Below the pieces are notes generated by a model that did not search any database, had not been told where the DNA came from, and was given only the letters and a program-made list of their open reading frames with translations. This document shows positions 1-10,164 of a DNA stretch of 64,000 bases, piece after piece; the stretch's first letter is position 1, and the number at the start of each line of letters is the position of its first letter. This stretch comes from a bacterium (lineage in GTDB: Bacteria > SAR324 > NAC60-12): the NCBI GenBank assembly GCA_965209155.1, contig OZ242383.1:2336001-2400000 (forward strand), read 5' to 3'. A program made the position numbers and the translations under genes.

Positions 1-509
1 TTCAAGCCCACCATCGGCTCAGCGCCATGAGTGGGAACGAGAGCCAACCAACCTGTGGTCATTGCCATGCCAATCATATCGTGTTTCAACGCCATACCCG
101 CGTGATAAGCTGCAGCTCCAAAATGCGCGCCATTGGTCAGCGTAACAGCGCCTATCCCATATTTGTTCGCACGTTCAATGGCCATGTCCATGGCTTGCGG
201 ACCAACCACCAACCCGAATCCACGATCTGAATCGAGCGTTGCCACCGCGGGCGCTTCCGCAATTATTCTGGGATTGGGAGTCGGGTTGATTTTCCGGTCA
301 CGAAACAAATCGATATAAGTGGGCATCATGTTGGAAACCCCGTGGGTCTCAATTCCACGGATATCCGCGTAAATGAGGACATCAGCCGCAAGTCGCGCAT
401 CTTTTCCCGGCATCCCCATCTTCAGAAAAATTGCCTCAATGGTCAGACGCATGTCGTTATGGTTGATACGGACAGCAATTTCTTCTGGAACCTTAAATCG
501 TTCAAGCAT
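1..509 (-). CDS. Ldh_2 family (malate/L-lactate/ureidoglycolate-type) oxidoreductase, runs off the window edge
   Basis: Manual translation MLERFKVPEE...ADIRGIETHGVSN...LDSDRGFGLVVG...GIGAVTLTNGAHFGAAAYH matches Ldh_2 motifs; AGGAAGG RBS upstream; absent from the ORF track because its stop is outside the window. Confidence 0.88.
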   Translation of the reverse strand, partial: MLERFKVPEEIAVRINHNDMRLTIEAIFLKMGMPGKDARLAADVLIYADIRGIETHGVSNMMPTYIDLFRDRKINPTPNPRIIAEAPAVATLDSDRGFGLVVGPQAMDMAIERANKYGIGAVTLTNGAHFGAAAYHAGMALKHDMIGMAMTTGWLALVPTHGAEPMVGL

Positions 510-833
510 TGAAAACCATTCCTTCCTATTCGATTCGGGGAGTAGTGGAGTCAGGCGGAGACGTACCATATCCCGGCACGCAACACGCAATGAGTATCTT
601 CATTCTCTAACTGAAGATCGAACAACAATCGTTATATCTACTATCCATGCGATAAATGTCAAGTATTTATGAGAGGGATGTGTCAAAATAATAAAATTCT
701 CTCCAGGTAATTGCGCGTCACGGACTCGAAACATGCACTGATTTTTCAGGACGTCGCAATACAAGGAAGGTATTACAAAATTCTCTTCGTTCGTGACAAG
801 GATACAGTTTACGTGAATCTGGAGTTAAAAAAA

Positions 834-921
834 GTGTCATTCCTGGCTTGACCAGGAATCCAGCGGGATACGGGCGATATTTTGGATGCCGGACCAGGAT
901 GATCCGGGACCAGCATGACAC
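834..921. repeat. REP/RPE-like palindromic element
   Basis: gtgtcat...atgacac ends with internal hairpin ttcctgg-cttga-ccaggaa; related copies at 6915-7009 and 28718-28771. Confidence 0.8.
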
Positions 922-996
922 ATCATAACTATTGATTTTATAAGTCATCACCACCGGCAGAGCCGGTGGCTTGAAGAGGCCCCCAGGATGGGGGCA

Positions 997-1442
997 AAAC
1001 GTGTTCGTCATCGTAAGACGTGCTCGTGCTCGTGAACGAAAAAGGCTGCCATGTTAGATCATGAAAAAATCGATGTATACCAAGTGTTCCATCGAATTTT
1101 TAGCGTTATCTGTCCAAGTCATCGAAACATTGCCAAAAGGATACTCAGCCTTAGTTGACCAACTGAAAAGGGCCTCATGGTCGATTCCTCTCAATATCGC
1201 AGAAGGCTGTGGAAAAAATTCCTTTCCTGACAAGCAACGATTCTATGCATTTGCCCGAGGTTTTGCAATGGAATGCGCTGCTATTCTCGATGTTTTAAAC
1301 GTGTTGAAGATCATCCAGCCTCCTTTATTTGACGAAGGGAAACAGTTACTTCATCGCATTGTTTATATGTTAACCAAAATGTGCCGTCGAATTCACTGAC
1401 CGTTCACGAGCACGAGCACGGCTAACGGACACGGATACGTTT
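997..1442. repeat. Inverted repeats flanking the four-helix bundle gene
   Basis: Perfect 20-bp IR cgtgctcgtgctcgtgaacg (1019-1038) / cgttcacgagcacgagcacg (1401-1420), extending imperfectly to 997 and 1442 with 6-nt CGT periodicity. Confidence 0.9.
1051..1399 (+). pseudogene. Four-helix bundle protein (23S rRNA IVS/bAvd-like), apparently frameshifted near 1083
   Basis: ATG at 1051 reads MLDHEKIDVYQ (typical N-terminus); the body CSIEFL...LVDQLKRASWSIPLNIAEGCGK...FARGFAMECAAILD is in the +1 frame (ORF 1061-1399). Confidence 0.75.
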
Positions 1443-1630
1443 CTCATGTCTGACCGGCAAAGCCTATTAGGTTCGCACCAGCAGAGCTGGTGGTTTAATG
1501 AGATTAATTAAATTTCAACTCCTGATTCGTATAGTTTATTAAAAAAGAGATCCGTTGTCAGAAATTTAGCTGGTTTTTCCTTGAAGATATTGATAAGCTC
1601 TTCAGATTTTGAAAAACGAAGAACTGCGAA

Positions 1631-2464
1631 ATGAGGTATAATCTAGTTGGAAAAGTTGCCCTGGTGACGGGGGCGGGTGGTGAACACGGCATTGGACGAG
1701 CCATAGCCACTCGATTGGCAAGCGAAGGGGCTGACTTGGTGGTCAATGACCTTATGGCAAAACCCAGAAACTCGACAAATTGGGCCGGATTGCCAGACCT
1801 GGTTCATGAAATTGAAGGGACAGGACGAAGAGCCCTGGCAATTCTGGGTGATATTTCCCGGTCGAGTGACGTCGAGCAAATGGTCCGGCAAACTTTAAAG
1901 ACTTTTGGTCGAATCGATATCCTGGTCAACAACGCGGGAACTCCGGCAGGCGCAGACCGGGTCCCCCTGGTAGATTTAAGTGAAGAGGATTGGGACCGTG
2001 TGCAGCGAGTGAACGTGAAAGGAACCTTTCTTTGTTGCAAAGCCGTGGCGCGAGTGATGATTGAACAGGGATGGGGAGGTAAGATTCTCAATATGTCCTC
2101 CCTGTCGGGAAAATATGGTTCGGTAAGATTTGCAGCCTATTGCGCGTCGAAATTTGCAGTGCGAGGGCTGACCCAATCCCTGGCCAAGGAATTGGGACCT
2201 CATGGAATTCAAGTAAATGCGCTCTGTCCCGGTATGATATTAACTGAACGTTTTGACGATATTGCGGCAGCAACAGCGCCTGAAGGTCTTTCTGCCGCGG
2301 AACAATTGGAAACTATTAAAAAAAGGGCTCTATCCAACACGCCACTCGGTAGGCTCGGTTCTCCTCGAGACGTGGCTCAGACTGCCGCCTACCTGGTCTC
2401 TTCCGAATCCGATTTTTTAACGGGACTGTCCGTCACGATTGATGGTGGTGCTGTAATGGATTGA
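1631..2464 (+). CDS. SDR family oxidoreductase
   Basis: TGAGGEHGIG, NNAG and YCASK motifs. Confidence 0.93.
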   Translation: MRYNLVGKVALVTGAGGEHGIGRAIATRLASEGADLVVNDLMAKPRNSTNWAGLPDLVHEIEGTGRRALAILGDISRSSDVEQMVRQTLKTFGRIDILVNNAGTPAGADRVPLVDLSEEDWDRVQRVNVKGTFLCCKAVARVMIEQGWGGKILNMSSLSGKYGSVRFAAYCASKFAVRGLTQSLAKELGPHGIQVNALCPGMILTERFDDIAAATAPEGLSAAEQLETIKKRALSNTPLGRLGSPRDVAQTAAYLVSSESDFLTGLSVTIDGGAVMD

Positions 2465-2503
2465 ACTACCTGCACGTCCCTGATCTAACCCGAAGGAAAA
2501 AAC

Positions 2504-3385
2504 ATGGACCCCACATCGAGAAGCGAACGAGAACCCAGGCTGAAGGACAAAGTAGCTATTGTCACGGGAGGTGGCGGGTACGATGGCGTATTGGGAACCG
2601 GCAGAGCTACTGCTATCTGCATGGCCAGGGAAGGCGCCAAAGTCCTAGTGGTCGACCTGAATGGTGAGAATGCATCGCGCACGGCAGAAACGATTCGAGA
2701 TGAAATTGGCGGAGAGGCTTCCATATTTATCGCGGATGCAACTAAAAGCAAAGATTGTCACGCGATGGTGAATGCGGCTGTCGAGCGTTTTGGTGGTTTA
2801 CATGTCTTGGTTAACAATCTTGGCTTTGGTGGGCAAACCCAAAGCTCGAGTAAGATAAGTCAGGGATTCGGTGTTGCCGGACTCGATGAAGATGAATTGG
2901 AACGCGTAATGGATTTCAACCTGAAAAGCGCTATGTTGGCCAGTAAACATGCCATTCCCGCCATGATTGCCGCAGGGGGAGGATCCATCATAAATTTCTC
3001 GTCCTGCGACGCTCTTGCCGCTGCCGAACACTATAGAGTCCCTTATTCCGTCTCCAAAGGCGCCCTTCACATATTAACGCAAACGACCGCAGCGTGGCAC
3101 GGACGAGACGGTATCCGGGCAAATTGCATTGCTCCCGGACATTTACACTCTGCATATACAAACCAATTTTCACCCGATCATCGGGACCTTCGACGACGGG
3201 TCGTGCCACTGGGAACAGAGGGCACTCCCTGGGACGTCGCCTGGGCGGCGGTTTTTCTGGCCAGTGACGAGGCGCGTTGGATCTCGGGTGTGATCTTGCC
3301 CGTCGATGGAGGACTTTTTGCGGCCCAGCCACTCCTGGGCCATAATTTTATCACAGGGGAATATCCCCAAAACAAAACCAAATGA
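2504..3385 (+). CDS. SDR family oxidoreductase
   Basis: TGGGG..LGTG, YSVSK catalytic motif, C-terminal VDGG. Confidence 0.92.
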   Translation: MDPTSRSEREPRLKDKVAIVTGGGGYDGVLGTGRATAICMAREGAKVLVVDLNGENASRTAETIRDEIGGEASIFIADATKSKDCHAMVNAAVERFGGLHVLVNNLGFGGQTQSSSKISQGFGVAGLDEDELERVMDFNLKSAMLASKHAIPAMIAAGGGSIINFSSCDALAAAEHYRVPYSVSKGALHILTQTTAAWHGRDGIRANCIAPGHLHSAYTNQFSPDHRDLRRRVVPLGTEGTPWDVAWAAVFLASDEARWISGVILPVDGGLFAAQPLLGHNFITGEYPQNKTK

Positions 3386-3396
3386 AGGAGAAAAAA

Positions 3397-4245
3397 ATGA
3401 CTTATCCCTTAAATCCGGATTTGATGTACATGATGCCCACTCATTTCGGTCCCATGAGCGGACCGAGACAAGGACCCGGCGGTAAAAAGTTCGCGTTTGA
3501 AATGGACCAACGTAAGACCAAAAGCGTATCGGTCAGTTTTCTCACCAACGCCGAGCAATTGAGAGATTTTCTACCACCCGGATTTGAATTACACGGGGAA
3601 CCGGTGGTGACGGTCAGCGCGAGTTACATGAAGGAGATCGATTGGCTGGCAGGCCGGGGCTATAATGTTCTTGGCGTTACTTTTCCCGTGGTCTACCAGG
3701 GAAATAAAGACCGTGCTACCGGCCCTTTCCTCACGGTGCTTTGGGAAAATTTAACCGATCCCATTCTCACCGGCCGCGAACAATTGGGGTTCTCCAAAAT
3801 TTACTGTGAGTTACCAGAGCCCGTCGTTTACAAAGGTGAGACCCATTGCACCGCGAGTTGGATGGGGTTTCGCTTTCTTGATATCAATCTCAGCGGCTTG
3901 AAAGAGGTAGATCCCGCGGATTTCGCGACACCTGCTCAGCCTTCCATGGACGGGACCCTGCGAGGGCAGATTCACTATAAATACATGCCGCGCACGGGGG
4001 AATGGGGCAAGGAAGATGTTGCCTATGCGGTTTTATCTCCAGCTGCGACTAATCCATCGCCGCCACGGTCTTTGTCTCGTGGGGACGGAACCATAATGTT
4101 CCATGGGGCACGCTGGGAGGACTTACCCACCCAATATATGATTGTCAATGCCTTCAGCGCATTGGAAATCAAAGAATATCGAGGGGCCAGCATTGAAGAA
4201 CGAGTGGGCAGCGGTAGCATGTCAAATCAACATATTCTATATTAA
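3397..4245 (+). CDS. Acetoacetate decarboxylase-like family protein
   Basis: LPPGF..GEPVVTV, WLAGRGYN, GREQLGFSKI (Schiff-base Lys motif); AAGGAG RBS before ATG 3397. Confidence 0.8.
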   Translation: MTYPLNPDLMYMMPTHFGPMSGPRQGPGGKKFAFEMDQRKTKSVSVSFLTNAEQLRDFLPPGFELHGEPVVTVSASYMKEIDWLAGRGYNVLGVTFPVVYQGNKDRATGPFLTVLWENLTDPILTGREQLGFSKIYCELPEPVVYKGETHCTASWMGFRFLDINLSGLKEVDPADFATPAQPSMDGTLRGQIHYKYMPRTGEWGKEDVAYAVLSPAATNPSPPRSLSRGDGTIMFHGARWEDLPTQYMIVNAFSALEIKEYRGASIEERVGSGSMSNQHILY

Positions 4246-4270
4246 ATCAAAAAACAAAAAGGTGACAACT

Positions 4271-5905
4271 ATGAATGGTTATGAAGCATTAGCAAGAATG
4301 TTGCAAATCGAAGGAGTCGAGTTCCTCTCAGCCTTCCCCGCGCAACCTCTCATCGACGTTTCTGCCCGCATCGGAATCCGGCCTGTCATTTGCCGTCAAG
4401 AACGGACCGGAGTGAACATTGCGGATGGTTTCAGTCGCATCTCGAATGGACGCAAATTTGGAGTATTCACTATGCAGCATGGACCCGGAGCGGAGAATTG
4501 TTTCGCAGGTGTGGCTCAAGCCTTTGCGGATTCGGTTCCGATGCTGATACTGGCGGGAGGAGAGCCCTTGACTCGACAGGGAGTGTCTCCGACATTCGAG
4601 GCCCGCCGGAATTTTCAGTTCGTTACCAAATGGGCTGCTCAGATCAACAGGGTCGAAGACATTCCGAACATGTTGCGACGGGCGATAATTCAGATGAAAC
4701 ATGGCCATCCCGGACCCGTGTTGTTAGAGATGCCCGGTGACGTGATGAGTTTGGAATATCCGGGAAACGTTGAGGAGTACAAAGTCGTTCGACGTCGAGA
4801 ATCCCTTGCCTGCCGGGAAGATGTCCGTGAATTGATTGAGGCCTTATTGAAAGCTTCTTCTCCAATCATCGTTGCCGGGCAAGGGGTGCTGTATTCGCAA
4901 GCAACGGAAGAATTGGTAGCATTTGCCGAGTTGGCTCAATTGCCTGTCATGACCACCCTGGCTGGCAAAAGCGCCTTTCCGGAAAATCATCCTCTGTCAT
5001 TGGGAACCGGAGGATTGTCCCGTACTCTGATGGTGAAGCGCTTTTTGGAATCTACGGACTTCAGCTTGGGAATTGGAACCAGTTTCACTCGAAATATATT
5101 CACAACCCCGATGCCCGAAGGAATTACTCTCGCGCAGGTGAGTAACTGTGGAGAAGATATCGGTAAAGATTACGAAGTCGGGTTTGGCGCAATTGGAGAA
5201 GTACGCCTGGTGCTTCAGCAAATGATTGAAGAATATCAGCGACAAGACGGTTCGAAAGTGCGGGGAGACGACTCCGCTGCTTCAAACCGGGTTGCTGCGG
5301 TACGTGAAGAATTTGATGCAGAGTGGGAACCGAGACACACTTCCGACGAAATCCCCATCAGTCCCTACCGTGTCTTTCGAGAATTGGCAAATTCCTTTGA
5401 CGTTGCCAACACCATCATCACTCACGATTCCGGCTATCCACGCGACCAGCTGGTACCGATGTGGAAGTCCGTTTCTCCCCGAGGCTACATTGGTTGGGGT
5501 AAATCCACCCAGCTTGGCTATGGACTGGGCCTGTCGATTGGCGCTAAATTGGCGGCTCCGGAAAAACAAGTGATCAACATCATGGGAGACGCGGCATTCG
5601 GCATGTCGGGATTGGACCTCGAAACCGCCGTACGCTCCGAAATTCCTATCCTGACCGTGGTGCTCAACAACTCGGTGATGACCAATTATGACCACCATAT
5701 GCCTGAAGCTACCAAACGCTACAGGAGTAATGAGTTGGGAGGCAATTATTCTAAAGTAGCCGAGGGATTGGGGCTTCATTGCGAACGCGTATTTACGCCG
5801 GATGGCCTGGCTCCCGCATTCAAACGAGCGGGAGCGGCCAATCGAGAAGGTCGACCTGCCTTGGTAGAAGCCATTAGCAAAGTCGAAAACAATGTCTCTA
5901 AGTGA
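4271..5905 (+). CDS. Thiamine diphosphate-dependent enzyme (acetolactate synthase-like superfamily)
   Basis: RQERTGVNIADG, GPGAEN, ThDP motif GDAAFGM...VLNN. Confidence 0.9.
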   Translation: MNGYEALARMLQIEGVEFLSAFPAQPLIDVSARIGIRPVICRQERTGVNIADGFSRISNGRKFGVFTMQHGPGAENCFAGVAQAFADSVPMLILAGGEPLTRQGVSPTFEARRNFQFVTKWAAQINRVEDIPNMLRRAIIQMKHGHPGPVLLEMPGDVMSLEYPGNVEEYKVVRRRESLACREDVRELIEALLKASSPIIVAGQGVLYSQATEELVAFAELAQLPVMTTLAGKSAFPENHPLSLGTGGLSRTLMVKRFLESTDFSLGIGTSFTRNIFTTPMPEGITLAQVSNCGEDIGKDYEVGFGAIGEVRLVLQQMIEEYQRQDGSKVRGDDSAASNRVAAVREEFDAEWEPRHTSDEIPISPYRVFRELANSFDVANTIITHDSGYPRDQLVPMWKSVSPRGYIGWGKSTQLGYGLGLSIGAKLAAPEKQVINIMGDAAFGMSGLDLETAVRSEIPILTVVLNNSVMTNYDHHMPEATKRYRSNELGGNYSKVAEGLGLHCERVFTPDGLAPAFKRAGAANREGRPALVEAISKVENNVSK

Positions 5906-5971
5906 GCTCAAGCAACCAGAATTTTCATGCTCTCAAAATCAGCATATGCAAGACAACGAAGTTGAAGAAAT

Positions 5972-6874
5972 CTATTGATTCTCAGAACTTTTTTGAATGG
6001 CTTCAACTTTGGCAAGGACGTTGCGGGCGCGTTTGATCACGGGAGCATCAACCATTCGCCCCTCATGCGCAAAGACTCCCACACCAGCAGCATTGTATTT
6101 TTCAAAGGCGTCAATCAGTTGGCGAGCAAGGTCAATCTCTTCCGCAGAGGGTTGGAAGACTTCATTGCAAATCTCCACTTGACTGGGATGGATGCAGAAT
6201 GCCCCTTCAAATCCAAGCAAGGCAGCGCGACTGACCCATTCCCGATAGGTTCTCTTTTCCTTATAAACCGTAATGGAACCCAAGTACCCCAAGGGAATGA
6301 TACCGGCATGACGGGCAGCTGCCAGGGCAAGCATATGTGGGACATACATGGCATCGGGGACAGGTTGCGTTCCCAATGAAGCCGAGAGGTCTTCAGTGCC
6401 GACGATCAATGCCAGCAGTCGAGGAGTTGCAGAAGCAATTTCATTGACGTGAATCAATCCCTCCGCATTTTCAATCATGGCTATCAGACGAATGGCACCT
6501 ACTGGCAACCGGTGCTCGGTTTCCATTTCTGTGATGGTTTCGTCCAACAGACGTAAAAAGTGCGCGTGGGGCACTTTCGGAACCGTGATGGCATCCAGTC
6601 CGGGGCCCATTATCGATTCAAGGTCATGCACCGCCATACGCAACGGCGCATTGATCCGGACAACGACATATGGACAGCGTCCTTGCATCTTCTTAATTGC
6701 TTGCTTTGCGGCTTGCCGTGCCGCTTCTTTTTCGCTCAGTGGAATTGCGTCTTCCAAATCGAGTTGGATTGCATCCGCATTGCGCCCTAGTGCGCTTTCC
6801 AACAATTTTTCATTGGTTGCAGGGACAAAAAGTAAAGAACGTAAAAGCATGGGAGAATTTATCGCTTTTTCCAT
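5972..6874 (-). CDS. CitE-like CoA ester lyase (HpcH/HpaI aldolase/citrate lyase beta family)
   Basis: RSLLFVPA, LDLEDAI, VRIN, GTEDLS, CIHPSQ, GRMVDAPV. Confidence 0.9.
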   Translation of the reverse strand: MEKAINSPMLLRSLLFVPATNEKLLESALGRNADAIQLDLEDAIPLSEKEAARQAAKQAIKKMQGRCPYVVVRINAPLRMAVHDLESIMGPGLDAITVPKVPHAHFLRLLDETITEMETEHRLPVGAIRLIAMIENAEGLIHVNEIASATPRLLALIVGTEDLSASLGTQPVPDAMYVPHMLALAAARHAGIIPLGYLGSITVYKEKRTYREWVSRAALLGFEGAFCIHPSQVEICNEVFQPSAEEIDLARQLIDAFEKYNAAGVGVFAHEGRMVDAPVIKRARNVLAKVEAIQKSSENQ

Positions 6875-6890
6875 TATTTCTTTTTAAAAG

Positions 6891-7062
6891 ACGTGAATTC
6901 AGGAGTTAAAATACGTGTCATTCCGGGCGAAGACCCGGAATCCAGGGGGAGAGGGGGGATATTTTGGATGCCGGATCATCCTGAACTTGATCCGGGACCA
7001 GCATGACACTTCATAAATATTTAATTATTGATTTTATAAATTAAATTTCAACTCCCGATTCG
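6891..7062. mobile_element. Empty MITE copy with internal REP-like palindrome
   Basis: acgtgaattcaggagtt...aactcccgattcg; colinear with 811-943 joined to 1507-1529. Confidence 0.78.
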
Positions 7063-7265
7063 CATAAGACTGTATCCTTTAGAAAAATGATTCATTTTAT
7101 GTTGTATCTTATAAGGATTATTTCTACAATCCCCGGAAGGCATTCAAGTCGTCTTCAAGTGTCTGAGAGGTAATTTCAATCGGGATGACAGACGATCGCA
7201 TTCCTCTGGAAATTGAATCTTCCGTATTTGAATAAAACATCTTTAAATTCAAGAAAGTATCGTAA

Positions 7266-8042
7266 ATGAAAACCCTCGAAGGAAAAGTTTCTATCGTTAC
7301 AGGAGGTGGAACAGGAATTGGCAAAGAAACTGCCATCATCTTTGCAAGGGAAGGGGCTAAAGTAGTCTTGGCCGGAAGACGCCCGGAACCATTGGAAGAA
7401 GTGGTTGCTGAAGTGAAACGGGAAGGAGGGCATGCTGTGGCACGCGCCACGGACCTGGAAGATGGGGATGCCGCTGCCGCATTGGGAAGCTGGACAGTCG
7501 CTCAGTATGGACGCATTGACATCCTGGTGAACAATGCCGGACATGGATCCAAAGCGCGTTCCATTCGATACATCAATGATGCCGAGTGGCAAAGTGTTTA
7601 CAAAGTCAATATCGAAGGCGTCTATCGCCTGACGCAAGCCTGTGTAAATCCGATGATCGAGCAGGGAGGCGGAGTGGTAATTACGGTTTCTTCGTATGCT
7701 TCAATACGTCCCGGTCTCTTGGGAGGAGCAGCCTACAGTTCGGCCAAAGCGGCATCTCACAACCTGATGCATCATACCAATGTCGAATTGAATTCCAAGG
7801 GTATCCGCGCCTGCACCATCATACCCGCTGAAGTCGATACACCCATATTGAACAATCGGCCACTGCCTCCTGGTGCGAAAGCCCGTTCCACGATGATGAT
7901 GCCGGAAGACATTGCGCAGGCAATTTATCTCTGCGCGGCCATGCCGTCACGAACCGTTGTCGAAGAAATCTGTCTCCGTCCTACGCAGGCGCGTGATGTT
8001 TCTGAAGAATTGCAAGCCGCAGCGGAAGCGAGATCTCCGTAA
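7266..8042 (+). CDS. SDR family oxidoreductase
   Basis: TGGGTGIG, NNAG, YSSAK. Confidence 0.92.
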   Translation: MKTLEGKVSIVTGGGTGIGKETAIIFAREGAKVVLAGRRPEPLEEVVAEVKREGGHAVARATDLEDGDAAAALGSWTVAQYGRIDILVNNAGHGSKARSIRYINDAEWQSVYKVNIEGVYRLTQACVNPMIEQGGGVVITVSSYASIRPGLLGGAAYSSAKAASHNLMHHTNVELNSKGIRACTIIPAEVDTPILNNRPLPPGAKARSTMMMPEDIAQAIYLCAAMPSRTVVEEICLRPTQARDVSEELQAAAEARSP

Positions 8043-8048
8043 TGTGGA

Positions 8049-9065
8049 TTGGGGGAGAAGATATCTATCACGTCAGTTGAGATTATGCGCCACTTTAAAA
8101 ACGAGACTGATTCGAAATCGATTAAACCCGGAGACACGCAAGAGGTCGTAATCGACGTAAAATCCGTCTCCAAATCATTCAAAGAAGTGCAGGCCGTGAA
8201 GAATCTCGACCTGCAAATAAGACGGGGGGAATTCGTCGCCTTGCTTGGACCCAATGGTGCGGGCAAAACGACCCTGGTGGAAATGATAGAAGGGATTCAA
8301 TTTCCCGATGCCGGGGAGATTCGCTTGTTTGGAAAATCCTGGAACGAAGGGGCTTCTTTTATCCGTCAAAGAATGGGCCTGGCTCTGCAAGAAACTCGAT
8401 TTTTCGATAAATTGTCGGTTGAAGAGACACTGAATTTGTTTGCGCAGTTTTACCGGATCGATCACGGTCGAACGGAAGACCTTTTGGATCTTGTCGATTT
8501 GCAGGAAAAGAAAAAGACTTACACCGTTCACTTGTCCGGAGGCCAAAGGCAACGGTTGGCCCTGGGCGTCTCACTCGTCAATGACCCGGAACTCCTTTTA
8601 TTGGATGAACCCACCACCGGACTGGATCCGAATGCGCGGCGGAGTATCTGGGAGATCCTGGAATCTTTGAAATCCAAAGGGACCACCATGATCCTGACAA
8701 CCCATTATATGGAAGAGGCCGAGCGTCTCTGTGAACGGATCATCTTCATGGATCAAGGTATCTTTTTAGGGCAGGGAAGTCTGGAAGAACTATTGGCTGC
8801 TCAAGGATCGGGGGAATTGATCGAATTCAATCTCGAGCAATCATTACCCGGAGAGGCTTTCAGTGGCATTCGGGGGTTTTTGGATTTCAGTTGGAATGAG
8901 GAAGCCATGCGCGGAAAATTGAACGTAGAAAATACCACCACCGCCTTGCCCGATTTGCTGAAAATCGTGGAGAACCAAGGGTTGCTGCTCCATGAACTGC
9001 AATGCCGACGACAGACCTTGGATGATCTTTTTATTACCCTGACTGGGAGACATTTGGATGACTAA
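8049..9065 (+). CDS. ABC-2 exporter ATP-binding protein (start uncertain)
   Basis: GPNGAGKT, LSGGQ, LLDEPT, TTH. Confidence 0.93.
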   Translation: MGEKISITSVEIMRHFKNETDSKSIKPGDTQEVVIDVKSVSKSFKEVQAVKNLDLQIRRGEFVALLGPNGAGKTTLVEMIEGIQFPDAGEIRLFGKSWNEGASFIRQRMGLALQETRFFDKLSVEETLNLFAQFYRIDHGRTEDLLDLVDLQEKKKTYTVHLSGGQRQRLALGVSLVNDPELLLLDEPTTGLDPNARRSIWEILESLKSKGTTMILTTHYMEEAERLCERIIFMDQGIFLGQGSLEELLAAQGSGELIEFNLEQSLPGEAFSGIRGFLDFSWNEEAMRGKLNVENTTTALPDLLKIVENQGLLLHELQCRRQTLDDLFITLTGRHLDD

Positions 9066-10164
9066 CATAGTGTTTCAATTGATGAGAACGCAGTTCCGAA
9101 TTTTTTTCCGGGAGCCTGGCGTTTTATTCTGGGTGTTCGGATTCCCCATTTTAATGGCCACCATCCTGGGGATAGCCTTTCAACAGAGCGATGATGGACA
9201 GGTGCGCATCGCCATGCTGCACGGAAACACCTCCCAGTTTGCGCCCTTTCAGAGTTGGATGGAAGGATTACCCGAGGTTCGACAAAAAAAATCAGAATAT
9301 GGCACAGAGTGGCACATAAACATCGGCAAGGAACGTGTGGAGAGGGCTCGTTTTTCAATTTTATCGACTGATCGCGACGAAGCGTTGCGCTTGATCAAAC
9401 GTGGAATCATTTCCCTTTTTCTCGAAGCCGATTCCAATGCCATCACCTTCCATTTTGATCCTCATAACAGCGAGGCACGACTGCATTACTTACTGATTAA
9501 AAATGCGCTGCAAGAAGGAGATCGACAAACGTGGGAAATCAAAACCTCGCCATTGAGTTCCGCAGGCAGTCGCTATATCGATTTTCTCATCCCGGGACTG
9601 ATGGCTTTGGGAGTGATGAATTCCTGTATATGGGGAATCGGGTGGAGCTTGATTGAAATGAGGATGAAGAAGCTTTTGAGACGCCTGATTGCCACTCCCA
9701 TGAAAAAATCGGCCTTGTTGATTTCCAGTTTTTTGAATCGATTTTTGCTGAGCTCATTTGAGCTTTTGGTGCTTTTCACTTTTGCTATGATCGCCTTTGA
9801 TCTGGAAATTCAAGGGCAAATTTTCGATATCATTCTCTTGATTTTTTGTGGAAACGTTGCCTTTGCGGGAATTGCCATTTTGATGTCTTCTCGAACCGAA
9901 AGTACCATAGTGGGAAATGGCTTGATCAACGCGATCACCCTTCCTATGATGGCATTATCCGGAATTTTTTTCAGCTACCATAATTTTCCTGAATGGAGCA
10001 TCCCACTAGTCGAAGTGCTCCCACTGACGTTGCTCGCCGACACGATGAGGAGCATCATCATCGAAGGAACCAGTATCTTCGAAATGACAGTGCCTTTGAT
10101 CAGCTTGGTTGTCATTGGATTGATCACTTCCGCGATTGGCTTGAAAATCTATAAGTGGCATTAA
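9058..10164 (+). CDS. ABC-2 exporter permease
   Basis: Multi-TM protein with YIDFLIPG and LRRLIATP; overlaps the ATPase stop. Confidence 0.9.
   Translation: MTNIVFQLMRTQFRIFFREPGVLFWVFGFPILMATILGIAFQQSDDGQVRIAMLHGNTSQFAPFQSWMEGLPEVRQKKSEYGTEWHINIGKERVERARFSILSTDRDEALRLIKRGIISLFLEADSNAITFHFDPHNSEARLHYLLIKNALQEGDRQTWEIKTSPLSSAGSRYIDFLIPGLMALGVMNSCIWGIGWSLIEMRMKKLLRRLIATPMKKSALLISSFLNRFLLSSFELLVLFTFAMIAFDLEIQGQIFDIILLIFCGNVAFAGIAILMSSRTESTIVGNGLINAITLPMMALSGIFFSYHNFPEWSIPLVEVLPLTLLADTMRSIIIEGTSIFEMTVPLISLVVIGLITSAIGLKIYKWH

Larger units (their letters stand above)
944..1506. mobile_element. Non-autonomous element with IS200/IS605-type hairpin ends
   Basis: Left accaccggcagagccggtggc plus gccccc-aggat-gggggc; right caccagcagagctggtggttt; no tnpA between them. 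Confidence 0.6.
811..1529. mobile_element. MITE-like element (ends gaatc[t/a]ggagtt...aactcctgattc) carrying a nested insertion
   Basis: Same ends and internal palindrome as the empty copies at 6891-7062 and 28665-28788; extra ~560 bp inserted after ttttataa at ~943. Confidence 0.75.

Noticed and set aside
718..1011. 97-aa ORF
   Set aside because: Translation of palindromic MITE/REP DNA; no protein features
1051..1399. Diversity-generating retroelement (Avd-like gene)
   Set aside because: No reverse transcriptase and no TR/VR repeat pair differing at adenines in the window
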